This document shows, piece after piece, positions 23,001 to 31,186 of a stretch of 64,000 bases of DNA; the first letter of the stretch is position 1, and each line of letters opens with the position of its first letter. The notes below the pieces were generated by a model. The model was not told where the DNA came from. It searched no databases and saw only the letters and a list, made by a program, of their open reading frames with translations. The position numbers and the translations under genes are program-made. Source of the stretch: Mantamonas sphyraenae STR306 (taxonomy: Eukaryota; Protista; CRuMs); contig JAPMXV010000006.1 of the NCBI GenBank assembly GCA_026936335.1, forward strand, positions 124,001 through 188,000, written 5' to 3'.

Positions 23001-25283
23001 GGATGGCAGGGTGTGCGCAGGGTCAACCGCACCTACACACCGCCCACCGCTCTAAGCAACGGTCTGACGTACGATTTGAAGCAGACGTTGAACGCACAGG
23101 TGTTTGTGGAGACCGGCACAATCACCTTGGCTCGGGAAATCCTCAACGAAGCGGGGTACGTGCGTCCGCTGAACGTCCTGCAACCTGGCAACCGCAAGCG
23201 TGTGGGAGTGTCGTTTTCGGTTAACCCGACCGCTGGCGATTTGTGGGCCATTGGTTTGACCAACAGCTCGACGCCGGGAGACACGAAGGAGTCGTGGCAG
23301 TTCTGGATGGGCATGTTGGTGAACAACCAGATTTCCGTGGGCTACGAAGCCACCACCCATGTGTCCGGCACGACCATCACAGCACCCAATGCGGAAACAC
23401 ACACTTTCCAGCTGCTTGTGGAGGGAAGCACCGTCAAGGTGTACAAGGACGACGCGGTTGTGTACACCTTTGCGGAAAAGGCGACCACCGCACCGCTGGT
23501 GATTCGCTTTTACACGCTTGGCAGCACTGGCAACCAGCCAGGGACACCCACACAGCCACCAGCTCTGGTGACGAATCTGCGCTACGTGGACGAGATTGCA
23601 CATGTGATGATTGTGAAGACGCCGTCGGTGACGTTGCCGTGGTTGGGATCGACAAACGTGAGCGACATCGCACTGCTCAACGAAGACTCGACGGCGGGTG
23701 TGCTGCGCTTGGTGGTGGAGAGCAACACGACACAGGTGACCGTGTTGTCGCAAAACGTGTACGAACAGACAGGCTCGGTGGAGGTGACGGGCGAACGCAG
23801 CGTGATCTCCGCGGCGTTGGCCTCGCTGTACGTGTCTGCGTCGGCTGGCGCAACCGGAAGCGAGACGCTGACGTTGACGCTGTACCCGCAGGGCCAGACG
23901 GGCAACAACTACGTGGACCAAGTGAGCGTGAATGTGGTGAGGAGCGCCGAGCCGGCCGCCACGATCACATTCACCGCAGGCACGAGCACATCGTGGAACG
24001 ACGCATCCAACTGGACGCCCAACAGGCTGCCGAACGACGCGGATGTAGTGGCTGTGAGCAACACAGTGGTGGTGGACACACCGACGGCAACTGCAAGGGT
24101 GCTCAAGGCCACGGGTACGGCAAACGTGACGGTGGTCGCTGGCGCACTGCTGAGTGTGGTGGACAGCGGATTGGTGGAGGCAGGCGCACGCGTGACGGTG
24201 GGTTCGGGTGGCGCTTTGCGTGCGTTGGGAACCGTGCATGTTCTGGGCACGCTTGTGCTGGACGCCAACAGCAAGGTGGAGGGTGTGTCGTCGGCTGCGG
24301 CTGGAGGGCATTCGCTGAGAGTGCCAGGCACAATGCATGTGCGTGGCAACGGCGGACTGTCCGGAGCAGCTGCGGTGGAGAAGGAGTATGTGCGTGTGGG
24401 GACGCTGGTGGTGGACACCGGCGCAGGGTTGAACGTGAGCAGCGGAGCGGTGGTCAGTGTGTCGCAAGTGGCACAGCTGATGGCAGGTGCAGTGCTGGGT
24501 GAACAGGGAACGGTGCGAATGGAGGCAGGAAGCCAGATCAACGTGGGCAGCCAGGTACAGATTGTGCAGGGCACCTTGCAAGCAATGGCCACGGCTACGG
24601 TGAACATGTCGCACGTGGTATGCTCGGAAGGGGCACTGGTGCATTTTGACGGCCCTGTGACGGTGGCAACGGCGGTGAACAACAGCGTGGTGGTTGGGCA
24701 TGGCAGTGGATCGCTGTGCACGGTGCGCCTGGGGAACAACAGCCAGGTGAGCGTGACGCTGAACGGAGCTGGCAACGAAGAGTTGGTGCTGCAGAGCGAT
24801 GTGGAGACACAGAAGGGAGGCATGCTGCAGGTGATGGGCAGCAGCGGGGGAATGGTGCGTGTGTGGCGCAACTGGAACAACGCAGCGAGCACCTCCAACG
24901 TGGGCATGCGCCTGTGGCACGCCAACGCACGTGTGCATTGGTACGCAGGCAACCTGCAACATGGTCTGGACTGCCGCTACGGCCGTTTCAGCAACCACTA
25001 CGACGCCGCTGTCGGCGGCCAAGGCGCAACCCTAGGCACCGTCACCGTGGCAGACGGCTGTGTCATGGACATGCACGCAGGCGCACAACGAACGGGTCAA
25101 GCCGTGTATGTGCGTGGAGGAAACATCAACACCGAGGCAGGCAGTGTCTTGACCCTGGCCACAGACGTCATCGTCAGCGCCGGCGCCATCCAGAATGCCG
25201 GAATCGTGCAACCTGGACGCTCGTTTTCCACAGGCACCACCGATCCTCTCCCCACCAACTACCCGCAGGTTCCGGGAGGGTGA
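20043..25283 (+). CDS. Large secreted protein (~1,670 aa): signal peptide, ~6 diverged beta-sandwich repeats, Ig-like module, C-terminal beta-helix-like region
   Basis: Signal peptide MDRHVALLLVFVSASLIASSVA. Two in-frame introns are likely at 20110-20211 and 20305-20430 (GTACGT..CAG). The protein has many N-x-S/T sequons and the motif WNDASNWTPNRLPNDADVV, followed by V/G/T-rich solenoid-like repeats. There is no C-terminal TM. Confidence 0.8.
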   Translation: MDRHVALLLVFVSASLIASSVARTLRTHATLRFCDLDVPMHPLLQTHPLSSVHLRTEVPDDGSAVPIATSANIAFTNNNLTLTSTASGTSPTKRRAGVLFLRLFFFGWLRCTSCATHASSLLATCPCSTGYGNVGFTSSMLIEGNATHAYGVRFQVPSAGNQLAIGLSSASSDYSLSSADFQLRIDASGNVAVEYKGTSALLTPWTSMPTNTDVDLVYFNSTVQFWIGTARYFKFIQVPTLPLRIVGTWDANSAPVTMSVINRIASLETDVADAVPINWDSSYGIVTVNNGNEIWGVLANSLCSLNRTLQTYSDGTVSSFSWKNSANGGNQGGNYRFEIGVSTIVGSHTAAVDTWDASLRLTGKHGTQHWGYTYAYNGATSDTVLMSTSRYTEGTKWEYVFDNGYLLLENNDNLETFFESFYQPGTQLVVNIKLVTAGTRMLQVRVGDIPGASLLEQPRADALDIFYNRTKYIQLTANRTTIASGGDSFKAGFVANDIFDASTSSGRAVGLRFSDVNSLDPVSFGFHNASLPVSYPYVAAEWDYLLLCNTPHSSVFPCTAYEKGVSIPHLSGNYPNEVNNWEFTIRDGYVWILQSSVPEKAGKFPTPATGTYKVGMISGSGAGTLATQIRKVDEATNPPAANTLTAAPDAVNSAMLNPLVNNTALAGIAGTNYFRHAYAIPRDPTRVYGVTWKANRGSSQDWYVGLSPNPDPSLDETIDAWDINVKADINYSNSLLRMYARTNATVVSDYFDQPNSQEYTYSFKVFGNAVRWEAQGNMEYQWATGTAPEGPLYLRMGILGYSIYDVFLINDTFTPQHVDPLAIVPDEFTGIHGSFTPSENVTKFVSSFARGADGDYAASPYAIHRDDTREVGLTFQDLPGTHNAASIQGGFANDSAVGASKWLYQVSCDVNYANNHVRCKFLQGLDEEVVGSTGVVALYPNQQSELRMIARGDEVWVETNYGRVFTFPAAAQYPMYPRVGAKGRYFGWQGVRRVNRTYTPPTALSNGLTYDLKQTLNAQVFVETGTITLAREILNEAGYVRPLNVLQPGNRKRVGVSFSVNPTAGDLWAIGLTNSSTPGDTKESWQFWMGMLVNNQISVGYEATTHVSGTTITAPNAETHTFQLLVEGSTVKVYKDDAVVYTFAEKATTAPLVIRFYTLGSTGNQPGTPTQPPALVTNLRYVDEIAHVMIVKTPSVTLPWLGSTNVSDIALLNEDSTAGVLRLVVESNTTQVTVLSQNVYEQTGSVEVTGERSVISAALASLYVSASAGATGSETLTLTLYPQGQTGNNYVDQVSVNVVRSAEPAATITFTAGTSTSWNDASNWTPNRLPNDADVVAVSNTVVVDTPTATARVLKATGTANVTVVAGALLSVVDSGLVEAGARVTVGSGGALRALGTVHVLGTLVLDANSKVEGVSSAAAGGHSLRVPGTMHVRGNGGLSGAAAVEKEYVRVGTLVVDTGAGLNVSSGAVVSVSQVAQLMAGAVLGEQGTVRMEAGSQINVGSQVQIVQGTLQAMATATVNMSHVVCSEGALVHFDGPVTVATAVNNSVVVGHGSGSLCTVRLGNNSQVSVTLNGAGNEELVLQSDVETQKGGMLQVMGSSGGMVRVWRNWNNAASTSNVGMRLWHANARVHWYAGNLQHGLDCRYGRFSNHYDAAVGGQGATLGTVTVADGCVMDMHAGAQRTGQAVYVRGGNINTEAGSVLTLATDVIVSAGAIQNAGIVQPGRSFSTGTTDPLPTNYPQVPGG

Positions 25284-25324
25284 TGAAAAGCACAACAAAC
25301 AGATTTTCTTTGACTGCCCCCATT

Positions 25325-26134
25325 TTACCACACTTCCACCTCTTCCACTTCGTCACCTTCCTGTGCCTGTTCATGCAGGAGCTGTGCTTCGCACTTCCAG
25401 CGGGAAAGGGCTGCATTGGCGAGGAGATAGTGAGCCCGCTCGTTGTTTGCTCTGGCCCATCGTAGTTCGCGACGGAAGAGTCGGTAGGCGAGGGCCATGT
25501 TATCCAGGGCCATGCAATTGAAACCTATGTACACAAAGCAACGCCCGACGAGGAGGCGGTCACCGAGGCGAGTGGCAAGCTGCAGCTGGCGCAGCGCAAA
25601 AGCCATGGCCACTTGCGGGCGATCGGTCTGATAGTACGCGGCGCCAAGGGTGGACATGACGAGGCCCAGATTGATGTTGAGGGAGCGGAACACAAGCAAT
25701 GCATGCAGTTTGAGAGCCCAACGCACAATGGCGCCCATGTGCAGTCGTGGTAGAGGCAACAGAGTGACCACAAACGAAACGCTTCCGGACGAGGACGAGC
25801 CGTGGCCAGCCGAAACCAGGTCCAGAGTGTCCCAGTGCTCATCCACGTAAACAAGCTCCTCGTCGCTGCCGTCCCCGCCCCCGTCGTGGCCACTGCTGCT
25901 GGTGCTGCTGCTGCTGGTATGGCCACTATGAAGAGCGAGAGAGCGAGCGAGACGGCAGAGAGGTTTCACTGCAGGACGCCATTCGCTGGCGTGGGGCAGA
26001 CTGTGGTGCTGGGCCACGTGGCGGATGGACGTCCACAAAGAAGGATCACGCACTGGGACGATGGGGCCCTGTGCAACGCTGTCCATGCGCATGACGTCGT
26101 CGATGCGCCGTGGAAGGCAGACCGAAAGGCGCAT
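25325..26134 (-). CDS. Hypothetical TPR-like protein resembling the DUF4807 family
   Basis: Single ORF. LVMSTLGAAY...ALRQLQLATRLGDRLLVGRCFVYIG matches my recollection of the DUF4807 pattern (STLGGAF...QLxIAxxLGDPxLxARCxLY). The start was chosen at ATG 26134; the ORF is open up to 26203. Confidence 0.6.
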   Translation of the reverse strand: MRLSVCLPRRIDDVMRMDSVAQGPIVPVRDPSLWTSIRHVAQHHSLPHASEWRPAVKPLCRLARSLALHSGHTSSSSTSSSGHDGGGDGSDEELVYVDEHWDTLDLVSAGHGSSSSGSVSFVVTLLPLPRLHMGAIVRWALKLHALLVFRSLNINLGLVMSTLGAAYYQTDRPQVAMAFALRQLQLATRLGDRLLVGRCFVYIGFNCMALDNMALAYRLFRRELRWARANNERAHYLLANAALSRWKCEAQLLHEQAQEGDEVEEVEVW

Positions 26135-26245
26135 CGCTTTTGTTTTTGGCGACACAGCGCATTTCCAATGTCCCATTCTCCAGCAGAAGATGCACCCATC
26201 CATGTCTGGAATGGGAACAAAGGGGATGAGGAGGCAGAAACGGTG

Positions 26246-27693
26246 ATGTTGGTGCTGCCGGGCAAAGAGACAACTCAGGACGGACTTTTGATCAACTCCA
26301 AGCGTCTGTGCGCCGTGTGTGAGGAGCAGCGGTCCAAGTACAAATGCCCCCGGTGCAACATGCCCTATTGCTCACTGGGATGCTATCGAAAGCATGGCAG
26401 CATGTGCACAGAGAGCTTCCAGCAGCAGCAGCTTGCCGAGCAGATGCGCGGAACACGCGTCTCCGACGAGGAGCAACAGAATATGCAGCGGCTGTTGAGT
26501 CAGCTGTACCAACGCTTCAGAGAAGAGGAGGAGGAGGAGGCCAACGAAGGTGAGCGCAGCATGATCGTATGAGAGAAAGAAACGTCATCGAGCGGCGCAG
26601 ATCGAAATCCGACTTGAGTCGCGCTCACACAACTTTGCCACGCCCCACAACAGACCTTCTGGTGAAGCAAATGAGCTCAATGACGCTGGACGAACTGGAC
26701 GCCGGGATGCTGAGTGAAGAGCAACGTGAAGATTTCCACCGTGCTCTGAAGGACGGCCGCCTGGCGTCTCTCTTGCAGGTGTGGCGACCGTGGTGGGAGG
26801 CAGAACACAGCTTGTCGTCAGTGTCGGGTCTGATCCAGGAGCTGGACGAAGAAGGCAATGTGGTGGGGGCGGTGGAGGAGGAGGTGAAACGCCCCATGGT
26901 GCTGGAGGACGTGCCTGTGCTGACGACAGGCAGCAAGGGCCCTAGCCCTCTGTTGGGTCTGCATGTGCTCGAGGTAGTCTATGTCTACGTACACTGTATG
27001 CGTCTGTACAACGGCGAGTGGGAGGAACAGGACGTGGAAGCGTGGGAGCTGTGTATGCGCCTTTCGTGGGTGTTGGGCCAACCCAAACGAGCTGCAGCGT
27101 ATGCACAAGTGTCGGACGTGCTCACGTCGTTGCACACACGCACAAACGCCGATGAAGACACACATGCCATGGCCTTGGCAGACACCATGCATGTCCTGGG
27201 TGACCGGGGCAATCTCAACGCCGCCTTGAGCGATGCTCACGCCATGGCCTCCGCGTGTGTGGAGCATCTGACTCGCGTGCGCAAACAACATGAAGCAGCA
27301 AAGGCTGCAGTGGCACAGGCCGACCAAGAACGATCCGAGTCGTCCACAAGCTCCACGAATGCCAAACTGGCGCAGCAGCTGCAGGAGCTGGCAGCAAGCG
27401 ACGGACAGCGCGATCTGCCCACACTCACAGGACGGAATGCAAGCGTGGCAGAGGATGAGTTGCTGTCGTCGTCGTCGTCCTCTGTTGCGTGGCGCAAGAG
27501 CAAGGGCAGCAGCAACAACAACAACAACACAAACAAGAGTGGTAGCAAGGCGTTGCGTACACAGCTGCGAGCCAGCGTTGCGGCACAGCGCAAGCTGGTG
27601 TATTTTCTGTCGTGGGTGGCCAGTCTCAGTGAGGAGGCGTTTGAGAGCGAGGTGGTGGGCAAGTTGGTGGATGCCGTTGCCAGCTCCGCCTAG
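26246..27693 (+). CDS. ZNHIT2: Zinc finger HIT domain-containing protein 2; 2 exons
   Basis: HIT finger CAVCEEQRSKYKCPRCNMPYCSLGCYRKHGSMCTESF. Intron ~26550-26653 (GTGAGC..CAG). Later conserved blocks are LSEEQREDFHRAL, WRPWWE, YVHCMRLYNGE and AQRKLVYFLSW. Confidence 0.88.
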
Positions 27694-29537
27694 TTCTTCT
27701 TCATCGTTGGACGCCTTGGCAACGCCTGCAAGGCGTCGACAATGACCGAGGCAGAGCTGGGAGGGTTGAGTCGCTCCTTTTTCATGTCCAGATGGTCGTC
27801 TTCAAAGATGTGATTGACCACTTTGATGAGGTTGTCTTCAGACTTTGTGAGCTGGCGCATGGACACTCGCCACCCCGAGCGAGTCTCGAGGACGTGGCGG
27901 TGGGCAGCCAGCACAGAGATGGTGACAACGGGCAGGTGACACTGCGCGGCGAGGGAGAGAATGGCGTGGGATTTGTGCACGTTGCCCGTAATGTACAGCA
28001 TGACGTCGCCTGCGCTGAGCACATTCGACACCTCGGACACCGTCGCCTTGGCCTTTGTGTGCAGCACCTGGATGTACTGGTTGCGAGGTACGTACTGGCT
28101 CAGATCGTCCGAGGTCTTGGACGGGTCATGCACAAACACAAACCGCAACTTGGATTGTTTGCGTGCCAGGTTGCGCAGGAATCCACCTACCTGCCGCTTC
28201 ATGTCTGGACTCAGGTCTTGTGACACCACCAACATCAGCAAATGGTTGGCTTCCAGGCTGCGCTCGCCGCGGAAGCGCAGAGAGGCACGGAAACGACGGT
28301 ATTGGGCGCGGTACAAAGGGGCCAGCATGCTGGAGCGCGCAAACCCCACATTGGTGACGCCAAGAGGAACACGATCGAGCATGAGGTCGCTCATGTGGTC
28401 TTCACACAGGGAATCCAAGCAGATAATGCCCTGAGCCCTGCTGAGTTGGTCGACTTGGGAGGAAATGGAGGCGGCGAGACGCAACGGTTCGCCCACCACC
28501 TCCTGCCTGTGTTGCTTGTTGTTGTGGACCGGGTAGTGACGCTCGAGGTGATCGTGCAGGCGCATGTGTTCTGTAAAGTGCTGCAGGTGTGTGCCCGAGT
28601 CCACGAGGACCACGGTCGACGGCAGATGTGGGACACCTTTGGAGATGTAGCGCTGCCGCATGATGTGCAAACGGGACAAGGGCAGCAGCAACAGCTCCAT
28701 GGGATGGTCATCAGGTGACTGGTGCTTCTGTTGGCAGTACGACAGGCAGTCGAGGTAGGTCCGTGCACGTTCATCGCTGAGATACTCCTGTCGCGAAAAC
28801 AGCGGTACGGAATTGACGTCGTTGCGCATGACGGAGCCGTACGGCACTTCGTGCATGTACAGCGATTGCCAACGGGACACACGGCTTACGGGTACGCGAC
28901 CATGGCTTTGTTGCGGAGACTCGTCCAGCCACAGGACGTGTGTTTCCACGTCGCGGTCACACAGCTCTTGCACAACTCCAACCAGTTCTGCCGCGCCTGC
29001 AAACAGGTCGCTTGCAGACACGCGGAATGAATACTTGGAATCCTGGCGGTGGGCGTCGCCGTATCCGTCGTCACTGGACTCGCGGAAGGAGTCCACTTCG
29101 TCATGGGAGTCGCTGTGTCGGGGCAGTTTGGCCACGTGCGAGAGCCACTCCCTTTCCCTGTCGGTCAACAGCACATACACACGCTTGCGTCGCGGCTGAT
29201 GCACATGTGCCCCTGTGCCCACTGGTGTGGGTGGCTTCAGTGGCTGATACCTGTGTGGATGCATGACAGCCGAGCAATTGCAACGGCGCAAGTCGAGCCG
29301 CTCCTCCTCGGGCTTGTGCTCCTGTTCTACCAGGCCTCGCTTGCCGTACGGCCGCCCATACACGGGAGCACGGTACACGAAAAGGAGCCAGAACAGCACT
29401 GACAGGGAGAGAAGCAATACAAAGCCGTGCTGCACACGCTGCGACCCGAGCTGCCACTGCGTCCGGCTCGTTGGTGACTGCATGCAATGGTAGCCTTGCA
29501 TCCAAACGCGCACTCTCAAGTCGTCGTCTACTCCCAT
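27690..29537 (-). CDS. Type II membrane protein with degenerate GT-B (GT4-like) glycosyltransferase fold; intronless
   Basis: N-terminal signal anchor GFVLLLSLSVLFWLLFVY. C-terminal SNVLSAGDVMLYIT...AAQCHLPVVT resembles the GT4 'D-x-F-V-x-P...EAMAxGxPVV' block. The start is uncertain (29537 or a downstream ATG). Confidence 0.55.
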   Translation of the reverse strand: MGVDDDLRVRVWMQGYHCMQSPTSRTQWQLGSQRVQHGFVLLLSLSVLFWLLFVYRAPVYGRPYGKRGLVEQEHKPEEERLDLRRCNCSAVMHPHRYQPLKPPTPVGTGAHVHQPRRKRVYVLLTDREREWLSHVAKLPRHSDSHDEVDSFRESSDDGYGDAHRQDSKYSFRVSASDLFAGAAELVGVVQELCDRDVETHVLWLDESPQQSHGRVPVSRVSRWQSLYMHEVPYGSVMRNDVNSVPLFSRQEYLSDERARTYLDCLSYCQQKHQSPDDHPMELLLLPLSRLHIMRQRYISKGVPHLPSTVVLVDSGTHLQHFTEHMRLHDHLERHYPVHNNKQHRQEVVGEPLRLAASISSQVDQLSRAQGIICLDSLCEDHMSDLMLDRVPLGVTNVGFARSSMLAPLYRAQYRRFRASLRFRGERSLEANHLLMLVVSQDLSPDMKRQVGGFLRNLARKQSKLRFVFVHDPSKTSDDLSQYVPRNQYIQVLHTKAKATVSEVSNVLSAGDVMLYITGNVHKSHAILSLAAQCHLPVVTISVLAAHRHVLETRSGWRVSMRQLTKSEDNLIKVVNHIFEDDHLDMKKERLNPPSSASVIVDALQALPRRPTMKKN

Positions 29538-29663
29538 GAATTGATGACAGTGACAATGTGTGTGTGTGGTGTGTGCACTCCTGGACCTGTCCGGCGCTGT
29601 CTCAGCCATCAGAACCCTCCCCCCACAACCCCGTCTCCCGCTCTCTCTCTCTCGCTGCCATCC

Positions 29664-31175
29664 ATGCAGGCGTCGACACTGTTCCTGGACAGAGTGCGGG
29701 GCATTCTGGTTTTTGTGCTCCTTTGGCTGGTGGTGGTGTTGCTTCTGCATGGCTCCACACCCACCGCGTCGCAGGCAAAGACCCAGCTGGGCTCCGAGAA
29801 GAGTGCCCGGGACACCTCCAGTTCCCTTGACAGGCTGTCCAGCAGCTCTGTGCGCTGCTCCTACATGAAACTGGACCTGGACATCTCCGAGTGCAACCGC
29901 CACAATTGGGTGGTTTCCCACGAGCTGCTCAACTCGTCCTGGACAGGAGGTCGGTCCGTGTACGTGGCACTGACCTCGCTCACCTCGCTCCCATGGTACC
30001 TGCAGCTTGTGGGACGCCAAGCACAGCAATATAACCTACTCGTGCCGGTCATTCTGGACGACTTTGACCTGAGCAGCCATCCGCAGCACGAGTTGGGCAG
30101 CGAATGGTGCGAGGCCGTGCAGCGTTTGCGCGACAATGCACTTCAGTTGCTGCGGTCCACTGGCCGCTACGACAAGCTATCTGCCGCAGGCACAAGCATA
30201 CGCGTTCATTTTTTCCCCAGCACTGAACAAAGGGAGCGCGAGCGTTCACATGGGTACGACACCCAATTTGTCAGCTGGGTTTCCTGTGTGCTGGAACGCC
30301 GCGCGTCTGTCAGTCTGCTCGTGTCTCAGGGGGAGGCCCTCGAGCCCATGGTCGTCAATGGCAACCCGGACATGGCCAACACTCCCCTCATGTGTGTTTG
30401 GGAGCAGACTGCATCCCATGCCCTGCTCCAGGCTGCGTCCATGGTTCCGGCCATTGGCCACGGCGACAGCAGCATCCAGTTCATCGCTGACCAGTTGCAA
30501 GAGGCCTCCCGTTTGTCCACCTTTCTCCACCGCTGCGACCAACACTCTGTATTTACCCAGGAGATGCGACGCTTTCTCATCGACACCCTGCACGTCGACC
30601 GCAGCATGGTGCGCAATTTGCAGCACCGCGTCGGTGTCCACTGCTCACGCACAGAGATGACACGTGGCGAACTGCGCTCCCAGCTGGGCATCGAACCCTG
30701 GGAGACTGTGCTCGGACTCCTGGGCCCTTGGCACGAGTTTGACGTCTCCATCACTCTCCTCCGTCTGCTGGGTCCTCTCATGGACAAACACCCCCACGGA
30801 CTCCACATCGTCTGTGCTGGCAACGGCAAGTGGATACAAATGATCCGCCAAATGGCCGATGTCTACCCGCACATGCACGTGTTGCCCAATCATCGCATCT
30901 CCCGCTCCGAGCTCATCAGCGGCATGGACATCTTCCTCAATCTAACTCGAGGTTCCTACTCCTTTGACGACGTCCTACTGCGACAGACTCTTCAACGCTA
31001 CGGTGTACGCAACCTCGATCTGGGCGTGCGTGCACGCCTCGCCGACGCACCCACCCTGCACGCTCACCTCGATGCCATCATCCAGCAGACCCTGGACCAT
31101 GCCAGCATGTCCACTGTCCGTGGCCAAAAGCCTGTCTGCCAGGTGCGCGACGTTGGCGAGGGAATTGCATGGTGA
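29664..31175 (+). CDS. Type II membrane protein with degenerate GT4-like glycosyltransferase fold; intronless
   Basis: ATG 29664, signal anchor GILVFVLLWLVVVLLLHG. LRSQLGI...VLGLLG...HIVCAGNGKW...GMDIFLNLTRGSYSFD parallels the GT4 C-terminal Rossmann domain. Confidence 0.6.
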   Translation: MQASTLFLDRVRGILVFVLLWLVVVLLLHGSTPTASQAKTQLGSEKSARDTSSSLDRLSSSSVRCSYMKLDLDISECNRHNWVVSHELLNSSWTGGRSVYVALTSLTSLPWYLQLVGRQAQQYNLLVPVILDDFDLSSHPQHELGSEWCEAVQRLRDNALQLLRSTGRYDKLSAAGTSIRVHFFPSTEQRERERSHGYDTQFVSWVSCVLERRASVSLLVSQGEALEPMVVNGNPDMANTPLMCVWEQTASHALLQAASMVPAIGHGDSSIQFIADQLQEASRLSTFLHRCDQHSVFTQEMRRFLIDTLHVDRSMVRNLQHRVGVHCSRTEMTRGELRSQLGIEPWETVLGLLGPWHEFDVSITLLRLLGPLMDKHPHGLHIVCAGNGKWIQMIRQMADVYPHMHVLPNHRISRSELISGMDIFLNLTRGSYSFDDVLLRQTLQRYGVRNLDLGVRARLADAPTLHAHLDAIIQQTLDHASMSTVRGQKPVCQVRDVGEGIAW

Positions 31176-31186
31176 GCAGAGCAGAT

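Noticed and set aside
23052-25022. Long antisense ORFs (e.g. 656 aa here; also 729-1949, 31808-33109, 49150-50751)
   Set aside because: These are shadow ORFs expected opposite GC3-biased coding sequence. They are His/Arg/Leu-rich and have no recognisable motifs.
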